Source: Azolla caroliniana (taxonomy: Eukaryota > Plantae > Polypodiophyta). Taken from it: a DNA stretch of 64,000 nt. Under the pieces are notes generated by a model that saw nothing but the letters and a program-made list of their open reading frames with translations, was not told the origin of the DNA and made no database searches. Each line of letters starts with the position of its first letter. The stretch's first letter is position 1. The DNA is taken from positions 21,514,001-21,578,000 of the forward strand of contig JBHGNT010000004.1 of assembly GCA_043228905.1 (NCBI GenBank), in the 5' to 3' direction. This document shows, in pieces, positions 1-13,161 of this stretch. A program made the translations under genes and the position numbers.

Positions 1-92
1 TAAATGCAACTATTCTAGTCTACTATATATGTCTAGAGAGAGATTGCCTAGAATATTGGCTTGCCTAAGGTATACGATATATGTATTTTCAG

Positions 93-2384
93 TGTTGGCA
101 TTCCTTACAAGGCAGATGCTCTTAAGTTTTGTGACGAGCTTGATTCGACAGCTCAGGTACATGACTGTTAAGTTTTCAAATTTTTATAGAAAAGATTATC
201 CTGTGTTTGATAAAAAAGAGAAATGGTTTATAACTTTTGAAAGGACATCGGAGCTGTTAATACAATCATCCGAAGGAAAAGTGATGGCAAGCTAATTGGA
301 TACAATACAGATTGTGAAGCTGCTATTTCAGCAATCGAAGATGGTCTAGCATGTGCTTTAGGTGCTTACTAACACTTATTGTTTTCTTGTAGTGGTTGAT
401 GTAGAGAGCTTTACTGGATATTCAAAAAATGTTGATTGTACTAATTTTAAGGTCATGCAGGAACCAAGGTAAATGTACTCCTAGACAAGCTCGTTGTGGT
501 GCTTGGATCTGGTGGAGCGGGCAAAGCCATTGCCTTTGGAGCAAAACAAAGAGGTGCCCGTGTGGTTGTTACAGACTATGCTTTCGGTAATGTGTTTGCA
601 TTTCTTTTCTTTTCTCAACAATAACTAATGGAAATGTCAACACAAGGTGAAAATGTATAAACATGCCCAATGGATAGTAGAATATCTAGTTCCTGTGTAG
701 TAGGTCATGCAGAAGAATATATATATATGTATGCTTACAAAATCCCTCATGGACAAAATGGTACAAAGTTGTCTAGTTGCTGGTCATGTAGCCTTAGACA
801 ATCATATGAAGATAGTCTGAGTGATTCTGAAAAGAGCATGAACTCTCTAGTCTTGGGCTGATTGAAAACAACAAGAACGAATGCGCACTTGTTAAGATTA
901 GGCTGATTTGAGAGTACATGAAGAACATGAAGTGGTTTAAGTCTAGGTTGATTAAAGCTACATGAACATGGGTATCAAATCAGATAATTTGGAAGAGCTG
1001 GAGTGGGGAAGAAAATTCTTATCATGGAACCAATTACTAACATTGCTAAAGCTTGTGAAAGTGTATCTGTATCTGGTGAGGTGGGAGAATGCACTCAAGA
1101 AGGCAACTATGTCTACATGGAGATGAAAGAATCAAAAGTTACTAAGGAAGAAAATATATCAGAATCAAAGGTGTGTCTGCTGGTTTACAGCTAGATGAAT
1201 GAACCACCAGGAGCTTGTACTAGAGGTGGCTAAACAGCTCTAACAGTTTAGGTTGATTAAAGCTACATGACCATGAACTCATTAAGCCTAGGTTGACTGA
1301 AGAGTACATGAAAGAATATGGACTCATTAAGATCAGATTGATTGAAGACTACTACTTGAATATGAATCCATTAAGGCTTTATTGGTTTTAGACCTCATGA
1401 AGAACATGAATTGATTGAAGGCCACCTGAACTCATTAAAGACTGGTTTGATTGAAGGTTACATGAGAAAATTAAGACTAGGTTGATTGAAGACTACATTA
1501 AGAACATGAATGCATTGAGATTAGGTTTTGTTATATCTATGGATTGATTGGACATTGAATTACATCATTGGATGATTGGATGATATCCAAGGACTGATTA
1601 AAAACTGCATTACATTGTTGCTTGATAGCCCTGGATTGACTGAAGAATAGATATGGTTATGTGATATTCAATTTCGGTTTATTGAAGACCATTTTTACAA
1701 ATTCGTTAGTAATTTGTAAGAGATTAATTTTGGTAAGAAAAATAGAAAAACCCAAGTTGGAAACCTCATTTATCCTTGTTCTGATGTGTTACAGAGAGAG
1801 CAAAGGACCTTGCAGATGCATTAGGAGGTCAAGCTATACCATTAGATACATTGGACGATTTTTGCCCTGAGTCGGGGATGATACTTGCAAATGCATGTCC
1901 AGTGGGCATGTACCCAGATGTAGATAAAACTCCCATAAACAAGGTATACATCAATATTGACATCAGTGTTTCGCAGTCCATTTAAGACTTGTGGTTAGAA
2001 CTCACCATGGATCTACTTCATTGTAGAAAGCACTAAAATACTATTCCCTGGTCTTTGATGCGATTTACAACCCTGGGAGGACAAGGCTCTTAACTGAAGC
2101 AGCTGAATCGGGGGCAGCAGTTGTGAGTGGCTTGGAGATGTTCATTAGGCAAGCAACTGCTCAATTTGAGCTTTTCACAGGACAGCAAGGTACACTGTTC
2201 TTTAAAAAAAATGAGTCAACAATAATAAAAAATTGTAACACCCATACATACATAGAATATATATGATTTCGTTTTCTTTTGTTCTGCTTAATACTTCCAT
2301 CCTGAAAGTAACACTTGTTTCTTCTCAACTACAGCTCCTGAGGAGATCTATCGACGAATTATATCTTCGTTCCAGACATCTTAA
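93..2384 (+). CDS. DHQ/SDH: 3' part of a DHQ dehydratase/shikimate dehydrogenase-family gene (quinate dehydrogenase-like); 5' exons lie outside the window
   Basis: GT-AG exons at ~93-156 ([22 protein letters not shown]), 244-361 ([35 protein letters not shown]), 452/461-586 ([32 protein letters not shown]), 1795-1943, 2027-2189 (VFDAIYNP...[10 protein letters not shown]) and 2335-2384 (stop TAA). These are the characteristic SDH substrate-binding and Rossmann motifs. Confidence 0.92.
832..1530. repeat. Degenerate ~40-45 bp intronic tandem repeat
   Basis: Recurring gaagaacatgaa...ttaag..taggttgattgaag..tacat units in two blocks (~832-970 and ~1240-1530). Confidence 0.6.
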
Positions 2385-3607
2385 CAAATTATGCACATGG
2401 GAGATGTAGAATATCCTAAAACCATATCAAATTCTTTGTCCTGCTTCAATGCAATAATGTTGCAACATGACGTAACCAATAATAAGAGCCAAGGGGGTGC
2501 TCCATCCAGTGTTATTAGTATTAGATTTGTAACTCTCATATTTTGATCATAAAAATATATTGGCTATTTCAACCATATTGTTACCGTACATTTAGGCCTC
2601 TTACCAATCTAAATCTCCATGGCTTTTCATAGTCATGGAGCCAACCCAAGTGAATCACTCTCTGAAGAGGGCCTTTTGTGAAGGTAAAAATTATGAATGT
2701 CTAGATTTTGATCATTTGTATTCTCATAGAAGCATCTGCAAATTATGTGTCCACTTTGTCATTGTCTCCAAATATTGTTCCGTCTATTTCTTCCTTTTTT
2801 TTCCTTTTGTAAGCCATACATATATTCTTTTCCAATGGCAAAAGACTCGGGTAAATTAAACAAGGGTTCCAAACCACAATTGATCCTCAATTGTTCTTTA
2901 GGATCGTGGAATAAATGTACGAGTATAAGGAAAGTATACCAGGATGGCATGCTTACTTTTATTTATGTTCTTCAAAGGCGAAGCTTAGGTGGTTAATTGG
3001 ATAGCTAAGTTTAGATGGATGTGGACACTGTTTGCACTTCTCTTTTATTATAGGGAGGGGAGGATGCAATTGAAGGAGAATATCATGAATATTCTTCGTA
3101 TTAACCAATATTTTTGAAACCACTTTTAAATCTTAGAAATAATGTTGGCAAGTTTGATCTTTGATTCACTTTGAGCTTCGTATGCTTTGAATGTCTCCTC
3201 CCTAAACTCACAATCTCAAAGATAATGTCGACAAGTTTGATCTTTGCTTCATCCATCTCTTTCTCTCTAAATTCACAATCTATTATAAATGTAGTTTGGT
3301 GATTATTGTAACTACATTATTACAACACCTTTTTTATGAGGACAAATTTCATATTTATGAAATGAATAGTAAATAGTTTGATATTCTTTAATATGAGGGG
3401 GTCGGTTTTGCTTAAGTTTATGTAGAGGAAATTTGCTGGAGTAAATGTTTTAGAAACTTGATTGGCCATGCAACTTAACAATTAATAGAAGGCTAGGAAA
3501 GATCAACATCGTTCTTTATGAGAGATGGTTCTTTTAGTTTTTGATTACATTCAATGTTTGGTATATGTGTATCATGATAGAGTATTTTAATCTAAAACCT
3601 ATGTGCC

Positions 3608-3792
3608 CAAGTGATATTTTGTTTTTACGGAGTAAAGATGAGGTACAAGTGATATTTTGTTTTTACGGAGTAAAGATGAGGTACAAGTGATCTTTTGTTT
3701 TACGGAGTAAACATGAGGTACAAGTGATCTTTTGTTTTTACAGAGTAAACATGAGGTACACGTGATCTTTTGTTTTTACAGTGTAAACATGA
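3608..3792. repeat. 38-bp minisatellite, ~5 copies
   Basis: Unit caagtgatattttgtttttacggagtaaagatgaggta repeated head-to-tail with progressive substitutions. Confidence 0.9.
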
Positions 3793-4832
3793 ATTTACCT
3801 CTAGCTCCATAACAATATTATACAATTTAGCAATAGTTGAGCTCACCATGATTGTGTAATAAATTGAGTATCTTATAATATTTGCTTGAGCTAATTCATG
3901 AAGCTATCATTCAAAAAACCTTATTTAATAGCTTGATCAATAATAGTCATGAAGAGTATGTGCCCTCATCAATTTTAAGAGCTCAAATGTAAGGAGAGTA
4001 AAATTTATTACTTTGCCATTAACCATCATTTTTGTTCCCATTTTGCTCTATTAGCATTGAGATTTATACTAAATTAGAAAGGACAATGATTTACGTGACT
4101 TCTCTCAAGATTAGTAATCATATGCCATCTGTAAGACTCATCAAACTATATGATTAGACACACTTCCATAAAGGTGATCAAATTTGTTTTGCAATGATCC
4201 AAGTGGGTTCCTTATGATTAGTGACACCAAACTTTTATTCCTTGGTACTAAAGGTTCATTGTCATTTTCATTAGTGATGATATTTTTCATGCATATATAA
4301 AAATAGTAAGAACTCTAGTAATCCCAATAGAACTTAACAATAGGCTATTGGACTTCTCTCTTCATTCAAAATGCGGGTACACATAAGGGTATATAGCCTC
4401 TCTAAATGGAGAGGATTAGCGTGAATTGTATGTTCACTATCCATCACAAACTTTAATTACATGTGATTTACAATGTAAGTATAGGTGTACGCATTACAAG
4501 TTTCTTCTACGTTATTCTTTCTCTTGTTATATCTTAGGTTAGTAGAAATCGCCTTCCTTAGAAGGGGTACACACGATGAATGAAATCGAGGTTTAATGAC
4601 GCATTTGGAGACTTAAGGGTCCCCGTCTCATAAGGGCACACCTTGAACGGTACCATGTTAATGGTGGTGAAATTGGAGAATGTTGATTTTTGCATCAGCA
4701 TCCATGAAACCCATTTTAATTACTACCATAGCCCTTTCCTACCCTGAAATGTGTCGTAACTTTTTTAAATGCATCTTGTAAACTAATCATTACATTTGGC
4801 GCCTGGTATGTAACAATAGGGCGAGGTCTTTT

Positions 4833-7800
4833 CTAATTGTCATCGACATTTGTCGAGGTTGTACCACCTAGAAGCTTTAAGATGCTCTTCAATGACTCCA
4901 TGATTCTAGCAAAAGCAGGGCGTTGCCTCGGATCGCTATATTCCCGAGGGGAAAGAAAAAAGAAGAACAAGAAGAAGAAAGAGAAAAACCCATCAAAAAT
5001 GCGATTTCTGTAAAACCAAGGTTTTAGTGTGCAAAAAAACAAATGCACCTCCATTGTCTATCTTCTTGTTTATCGTAGCTTTAATGTATTTTTTTGAACT
5101 AGATGAAGAAAAACTTACTCTTGGAAACAAGCATCGATAAGGGCAGCTATCTCCGGATTTATGTCATTCGGAATGACGAGCCTCCTATTCTGGAAAGCCA
5201 CAGCACCAACCACCTACAAACCAAAAATGCTTTCTTTATCTCTCTAACCATTTCCCCAACCTTATTTTTCCCATTCTTAAATTTCTTTTAAAAAAATAAA
5301 AATCTTCATTTTTTTTCATTGATCCCATGGGGATACCCAACCTGTGCAGGATTGAGCCCATTCCATGGCTGCTGCAAAGTCACCAACTCCCACAAAATCA
5401 CACCAAAACTATAAACATCGGACTTCTCGTTCGATGGCTCATCACGTAAAACTTCAGGAGCCATCCATTCCGCCTGACCAAAAACAAAAAAACAAAATCA
5501 GCAAATCATTGCAACATATTACTAGCTGTGGAACCAGAAATTCATGGGCATAAAGGAGGGAGATATGTATTCTGATTGCTATAAACCATAGTTGGATGAA
5601 GAAATATCAGAAAGATGATATAAGTTGAGACACAAAATATGCAAGCTATTAAAATTTCTGACAGCCGACATATCGATGCATGTACACAATGCAAAATGAT
5701 AGACACAAGTGCGCTTGGATCAAATGAATTCACAAGGGTTAAACCGTTATGAACCTATAATTGTTAGAAAGAACTTTATAGTTTTCTAATATTGTGTGAA
5801 GCAATGATAATAATAAGAAGAAGAAACCTCACTAAAAGTTAGTAAAACCTACAACTGATCTTGTCAAGTGATTATTGAATTAACAAATATCTCAAGTTTG
5901 AAAGCCTTGTATTCTAAAACATCTTTTACATCAATTATATATTTGTACCTTTGCATTCAAAAATCGGCAATAATGCTTGAATAATGCTAGTACATATTAC
6001 ACTAGGAATTTCCAAGAATTGTTTATTAAATTACCGTGCCAGCTGCTGACCGTGATGACAAAAATGTGTTGCCCTTGAATCGGGAGAGGCCAAAGTCAGC
6101 AACCTAAAATCAATACCAACATACATTGGTTCGGAGAGAATTGTTAAGCAAACCATAAGAGAATAAACATTAATTCAGAAGCCCAACCCTCTTTTCTCTT
6201 ACCTTTACTGTCCATGTTTTGTCTACCAACAAGTTCGGAGACTTCAAGTCTCGATGGACAATAGGTGGACTCAATCGATGGAGATAGTTCATTCCCCTTG
6301 CCTATTTATGAACACAAAGAATCAGGTTTCACAAGTGGTCTTATGTATGCTAAAACATGCATCAGTATAATATGTAGATCGTGTGCACATTTTGAAGAGT
6401 TAAAAAAGAGTCGTAGAATATGTAATATTTAAAGATTTAGATTATTGCATATCATTACAGACCACATCCAGGGCCATTCGGATCCGGTACTTCTCGTCCA
6501 ACTTGTCTCGTACACGTGCACGTCGAAGTAGTTGAAACAAACTTCCTCTGCTTATTTCAAAAACCAACAAGCTTTATAATATGTGTACTACCATGCATGC
6601 CATGCAGAAAACCTTGTTTGAAATACCTTGGGAGGTATTCAGTAACAATCGAAAGGTTGGGTCGCTTTGTAACTGCTCCCATGAAAAGGACAACATTTGG
6701 GTGCCGCATGCGCTTCATTAGCATCACCTGAATAGAGACATATATGTAGCTTCTCAATTCTATTTACTAATTCAAGGAAATCCATTGAAAACTGCATGTT
6801 TAATAGCTCCTAATTGATTGCAAAAATACAAAGGGGAAATATCAGAAATAATCATGTCACACATTAATAGAACTTTGTTTTCTTGTATTCGGGCTATAAG
6901 TAAGACAAGTTTGAAGTTTGAGGTTTCAACTAATCCATGCACCAGGGTTCAAATCCCAATATATGCACTAGTACACCACTCCAGATTGTAGGGGTTGAAC
7001 AAATAGACTTCCTAGTCTTTCCACTGCATAACCTTACCAATGAGATAATATCACTGACATGTAAATGTTATTCGCAATGTGCTAGCACACACTTATGATC
7101 TTCAGTAATGTTGTTCCTTGAACCTTCACTTTTCGGATATCAATAATGTGTTCATGAGAATCAAGGGAGGTTATTTTTTCTTGAATGATTCATTTTTTAA
7201 CTAGTCCATATATAAAATTTCGTAACAAGCTCATAAACCATCACGAGTATCCAGCACAATCATGTTACCTCTCGCACAAACTCTTGGAGTCTGTCGTCCT
7301 CAAAATCTTGTTCGATCAGAATCTTTACTGCTACATCCTAAAATATAAACAGAAAATTTCAAACAAATCATCACCATGTATAGCTAGCAGCCTAGCACAT
7401 AAATACTCATGACTGGTAAGAGAGCTAAAATACTTGTGTGTGTGTTCATGATTAATAGTAAAGGCTTACAGATCCATGCCAATCAGCACGATGCACTTTT
7501 CCAAAGGACCCTGCGGCCAAGTAAATAATTTTGCAATGGATGTAAGAGAAGCCGTAGATTTCTCATCTTTGTATCAAAGAAGTAAAAAGAGATTACCTGC
7601 TCCAATGCGCTCTCGCAAGATAAGGTCTTCCCATTTTATTTCAAAATTATCGAACACGAGGTCCATCGCACGTGTGTTTCTTGCCATTTCTTCTTGTTTC
7701 TGTGGAGCTGTTTCTTTAGATACATCAACAGAACTTGCATTCATATGTTCCTGCTGTGCTACTGAAGGTTGGGGACTAGTGTGGTTCTTTGATTTATCAT

Positions 7801-9054
7801 CTTCATTACTTTCTTGTCTCAGTTCTCGTTGTGAAGGAACACGAATTTCCACAGATGAAGAAATGTGTGATCCTTCATTATGAACCTCTTCTTTTTTAAT
7901 CTTTGCTTCATTACTTGTGATGTGGCCAGGTGAATACTTAATGCCTCCTTGAATTCCAAGTAAAATATCTCCTACAGTCTGACCTGAATCATGGATGTTT
8001 TCAAACATCTCCCATTTCTCCTTTGATCCTGGTAAATTACACATGATTGGTTTTCACTTAGTTGGCAACAGAATATGCAGTATATAGATGCTAAAAAATT
8101 CAAACCTATTAATGCACAACCATCGTTTCACTATTGCTGAAGTATAACTTCAGCCTTAGACAGTTTCACTTCAAAAAGCCAATGCAGGTATGACTCCAAA
8201 AAGTTTAAGGTTTAAGTTATTGTAAATGTTAAATATTAAGTCATCATCACAAACATACAAGTCAATCCATGCTTTGCAGCCAAAATGCACAATTGGAACC
8301 TTAAATAATCAGATTAAAAAAAGGCCAATAAGAAACAGAAAATCTACAAGTGGTAAATGTTGCATATTCAAGATCATGGACATAATCACTGACTAAATCA
8401 TCATCCAATGTACAATTCATTGAGAAACTATACCTGTAAATGACGAATGATTGACAATCATAACCATAATCATGCAAGCCAACCCATGAATCATGATTAA
8501 AACTTCATACGGAAGTACATAAATTTAAAACTTAAATAATTAAATCCAGAAAATCAAATCCATACTTTCCACCCGTAAATGTTGAAAATTCAAGGTCATG
8601 GTGATAAAACCTACGGTGGAGACCCAATCCTTAATTAAAACATCACCAAAGCAGGTAAGACTCAATCCATGATTGAAACATCACTTCAAGGAGCACTTTG
8701 ATGGAAAACCCAGCAAATATTTTCATACACTTGTAAATGTTGAATATTTAAGATTGAAGTCAAACAAAAAGATTAAAGTAAAAGATTTAAAATACCTGAT
8801 GGAATAATATGAAGACTAGGCTCATCATTCATCTCTGTCTTCATTGATGGCTTCAAATTTGGAAGTCGCAGAGGTGAATTTATGGGCAGTGTTTGCAATT
8901 TCTTAAGAAATGGCTCTGCATCACTTAATTCTCCAGGTTTACGAATTAAATCAACTAAAAACTCCCTACAGAAAGAAAACATTACCCACAAAACAATAGA
9001 TTTCAAATTCTTTCCACTATAATGACTTCATAAATGTTAGGTTACAATCTAGAC

Positions 9055-9131
<77 letters not shown>

Positions 9132-11768
9132 AGAGAGAGAAAAGAAGCCAGTATATGTAACTGACCTCTCATTGCCACATAGCACGATGCAGGATGCACC
9201 ATCAACTAAATCACAAAACTTGCATCCATTAATGATTCGACATGGCAGGTCTACTGAATCAGCTAAACCCTACATAATACCAGTTACAGCTCCACACATC
9301 AGGAACTGCTAAAGTTCATCATCAGATGATTACGCAAATTTATCCAAGAGAAATTATTTCAACGTGGATCTAAAACTCCATGCACCGTTTTACCAAGATA
9401 TTATCAAAGGTGAAGAAACATTTCTGTTATGATAAGAAAAGAAAATTAAGCATTACTTACAAAGATGGATTGCATACCTTGTACAACAATGCACGATGCC
9501 TACAGAGACCAACAGAGATGCTTCCCACCGGTATCACCACACAACTGAAACAATTCCTGAGTAAGTTGCTACTCGATCTCCAACGTGAAACCAACTCCAT
9601 GTCTTCCGTGGTTGCTGCTCCTCTTGAAATTTTGTTCATGTAAACCAGGATTCATTAGTTCAAAAAAAGTTGTACTGAACATTTTTTAAGAGGATTTCAG
9701 AAAAATATTTACTATCAAATTTTTCAGTGCTTTAAGACTTCTTACTCACCCCATCAAGCTTGACACAAGACTTCCGAGAGACTCAGCGAGTTCCGTTAAG
9801 GACGGTACTTTTGATGCCAGTGCACGTGCTTTATTCTCCAACTCTTGTAAATGTGCATCTCCGCGCTTATCAAATAAAACCACCTCCATAGATGTGTTGG
9901 CTGGATCAACCCTCCGAAGCACATCTAAGGAGGGCAACCACCCTCCTTCCCTGGTACTTTCACTACATATTGCCCAAATGTGGGGATTCATCCCCCATAT
10001 ATGATAAAACCCATCTTGAATCTTGTCAGTATAGCCAAGGCTGCCATTAATCTGAAGTTTAAAACCACCAAAAAACAATGTATAAGATTATGCTAGTTTC
10101 AGGAGGAGACATCTTAACAAGTCACATGCTAAATCAATTCATTTCTTCCTCATCTCTATCTTGAATTTTCAATAAGACTCGTAAATACATACATATATAC
10201 CTTTGCAATTTCAACTAGACTATTAGGATGGTGTGTCAATCTCTGGCGTTATTGATGCCTTAAGGTTATGCGCATAACAAGTAAAGTGATCATGCATGAG
10301 AATAATGTCCTAAAAAACTTTATTTTTTCTTTATTAAGTCTCATGAACCAGTATCCTTCTTCAACTACACTTATGACTACATAATAAGATAAAGATGAAG
10401 CAACTTGTTAGGCATATGAATGCTTGGGGAAAGAGGTCCCTAATACAAAAAATCTCAGGTGAGTTTTTGAGCTTATGATTTGTAAAGAGAAAAAAAACCA
10501 GATAAATATATAGATCTTTACTAAATTCCTATAAATTAGTGATATTTTCTCATAGTTTTCTATTATTCACGCATTTAGAGGGACAAAATCCAACAAGCAT
10601 ATATAAATACCTGACTAAATTCCTGAAATTTTGTATTACTCTCTCATAATTTCCTATTATTCCATCCTTGAAAGAAAACAGAGTTCAAGAAAAATAACAA
10701 AATTCCTACAAATGTGTGACAATTCACGCTAAAATCTGACAATTCATTCTATAAATTCTTATGCTGTTTTCTAATCATAAAGGGAACAAAGCTCATTAAT
10801 TATATATTGTAGATTTTCTATTACATTCCTACAAATTTGTGTTGTATTCTCAAAAATCCCTTCAGATAAACAGGAAACTCAGTTCATTAATAAAACAATG
10901 TCTCCCAAAGATTGAAGAAGAAGAACGTTCAAAATATTCTAATAAACTGTGAAAGGTATAGGTGCAAAATAATTAAGGATTAGAAGAAAGCGTTATCCAA
11001 TATCAACAGCCAATAGATGAAGGCAAAGAGCCTGATGAGCAGATTGCCAAACATATATAAAACAATTCCCTATAAATGTATGGCATTTGTGCATAACCTT
11101 TGCTAATTAGTAAAGAAACATTTTAACAAAGACCAAAAATACATCACCAAGATAAGATGGGTATAGATGCAAATTAATTCAAGGATGCAAGTTAGTTAAA
11201 AACGAGATTAGAAAAGACTCACCCAGAACCGAAGACTAGTAGAAGAAGGCGAGGATGAAGAAGAGGATCGGGTGGACGAGTTTGAGAGCCAAGAGCTCTC
11301 TTTGCTGAAGTAAGAACCCGTCGCATACGGCTCGGCTGAGATCTCGGCCGATGCCACAAGACGAAGGGTGAGCGCTAACTGGAGGTTATAGCGAAGCTCC
11401 GTTTGCTGAGCCCACGAAGTATCATACAAGTGGTCATGGTGGTCAGATGATTGGTCAGATGATTTGTTAGACAGCGATTGGTTGTTAGTTGCTCTGTGAA
11501 CCAAAGATGAGTTAGGTTCAAATTGGATATGATTCAAGGATGATGAAGGTTGGGGGTGAATTCGCGTACTCTCTCGCATACCAAGGGAGGTAATGTTGGA
11601 GGTCCAGTCGATCCGTGGGAAATTATGCGAAGGAGTGGCGGAGGAGGTGAGAGCCGATGGAGAGGAAGGCGCCATCGACGAGGATTCTGTCAGTATGTTA
11701 TTGGAAGACGAGGAAGCCGTGCTAGAGGAAGTGGCGATCACGCTGAAATCGGAACGGCGGGATCGCAT
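4833..11768 (-). CDS. CTR1: CTR1-like Raf-like (B3) Ser/Thr kinase with EDR1/CTR1 N-terminal domain
   Basis: 15 GT-AG exons: 11768-11223, 10051-9750, 9622-9478, 9269-9166, 8965-8796, 8028-7597, 7510-7470, 7337-7269, 6727-6627, 6547-6463, 6301-6203, 6103-6035, 5473-5342, 5213-5119, 4935-4833. Motifs: SWAQQTE..Y.LQLAL.LRL, CN box [47 protein letters not shown]. Confidence 0.9.
6892..7050. repeat. Pair of convergent degenerate tRNA-derived (SINE-head-like) sequences in a CTR1 intron
   Basis: + strand has a B-box GGTTCAAATCC at 6946-6956. - strand has an A-box-like TATCTCATTGGTAAG and a B-box-like GTTCAACCCC. Local similarity to the tRNA-like cassette in the element H LTRs. Confidence 0.35.
9058..9141. 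repeat. Compound (AT)n(AG)n microsatellite in a CTR1 intron
   Basis: Directly visible. Confidence 0.95.
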
Positions 11769-11789
11769 TGTATCCAACACAAAATGTAA

Positions 11790-12050
11790 AGAAGAAAGAA
11801 GAAGAAGAAGAAGAAGAAGAAGAAGAAGAAGAGGGGAAGAGGGCAGAGAACAGAACAGAACAGGGCATATATGTATACATATAATATATATATATATATA
11901 TAATATGTAGTAGTATTATGTATAGTATATCTGTACAGAAAGAGAGTTGGATAGATACTAAGAACAGAACAGAACAGAGCAGAGCAAACAAAACAGGGCA
12001 GAGAAGAGAAGAGAAGAGCATATATATGTATGTATGTGTATGTATGTGTG
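11790..12050. repeat. Microsatellite cluster ((GAA)n, (AT)n, (GAACA)n) in the CTR1 5' region
   Basis: Directly visible upstream of the CTR1 start codon. Confidence 0.85.
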
Positions 12051-13127
12051 TGCTCTGTGAGAGAAATTAATAAAAATAATTAATTAATTAATTAATTAAA
12101 AAACTCTCCACAATATTTTATAAATATATATATATTTTTTAAACTTAAACAAATGTTGAGATTAAAAAGTCCTCTTCCCCAATGAGGAGATTTTCTTTGT
12201 GTAAAAAAATATTAAAAGAATATGTGTCCTTCATTTTCCACAAAATTAAAAACTTTATTATCCATGTTATCCTCTAAAAACCCAATGTATATTCTTCATT
12301 CTTATTCTTCTTCTTTCTTCTTCATCATCTTCTTCTTCTTCTTATTATTATTATTATTATTCCCTCTTCTTCATCATCTTCTTCTTCTGTTTTTTGTACT
12401 CAGTAAACCTAATTTACATGGTCCCAACCACATCTCTTCTTCACCTCTACATTCCTATTCAGTTCCTCGGCATCAGGACCATACATTCCCCGAACTTCTC
12501 CGAAAGTATGTCCACACACTTGGTTGTCTTGATAGCTTTCTTAATCACCAAATACACTATACCTTAAACTATTTCCAATCCTCTGGTGGAATTAGCTCAT
12601 ATAGGTTGTACATAATTATGATTATTGTTGTTATCATTGCAATGATGCCCATAGTCGGCTTGCAACTTCTAGACAACGTTCATTTCTTTGTCTTCTGACT
12701 ATGAAAAGTTGGAGGAGTTCGGACATGGCTCCTTTTTACCCCCACATTACCAAGTTTTGCATTAATTCCCATAGTTTCAAGAACCCGCTTTAACATCCTT
12801 GAACGATTTTGTTATAAATGTTTATATTTTGTAGGATACAAAAGTAGTTGTGCTTTTACTACTTGAAGATAATTAGCAACACCTTCGTTCTCTGTTATAA
12901 TATAACTCCTCCAATTCACACATTGCTCTAGTTTTTTGCCTTTCCAAATGGGCACAAACACCATTGTGGTGCAACGTGGCATAGTCTTTTCAAGTGCAAT
13001 TTTTCTCACAAACTTTAAATATTGATAACCAATACTCATTGTTTTGTCTCCCTTCTCTTATCTAGGCAAAAAAGCCAATACTTTATAATCGTAAGTTATC
13101 TTCGAGCACCATAGCATTTCTTATATA

Positions 13128-13161
<34 letters not shown>

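Noticed and set aside
3608-3792. CRISPR array
   Set aside because: Head-to-tail repeats without unique spacers, in eukaryotic DNA, with no cas genes.
9017-12698. Short ORFs with [16 protein letters not shown] or FFLL runs
   Set aside because: Translations of microsatellites.
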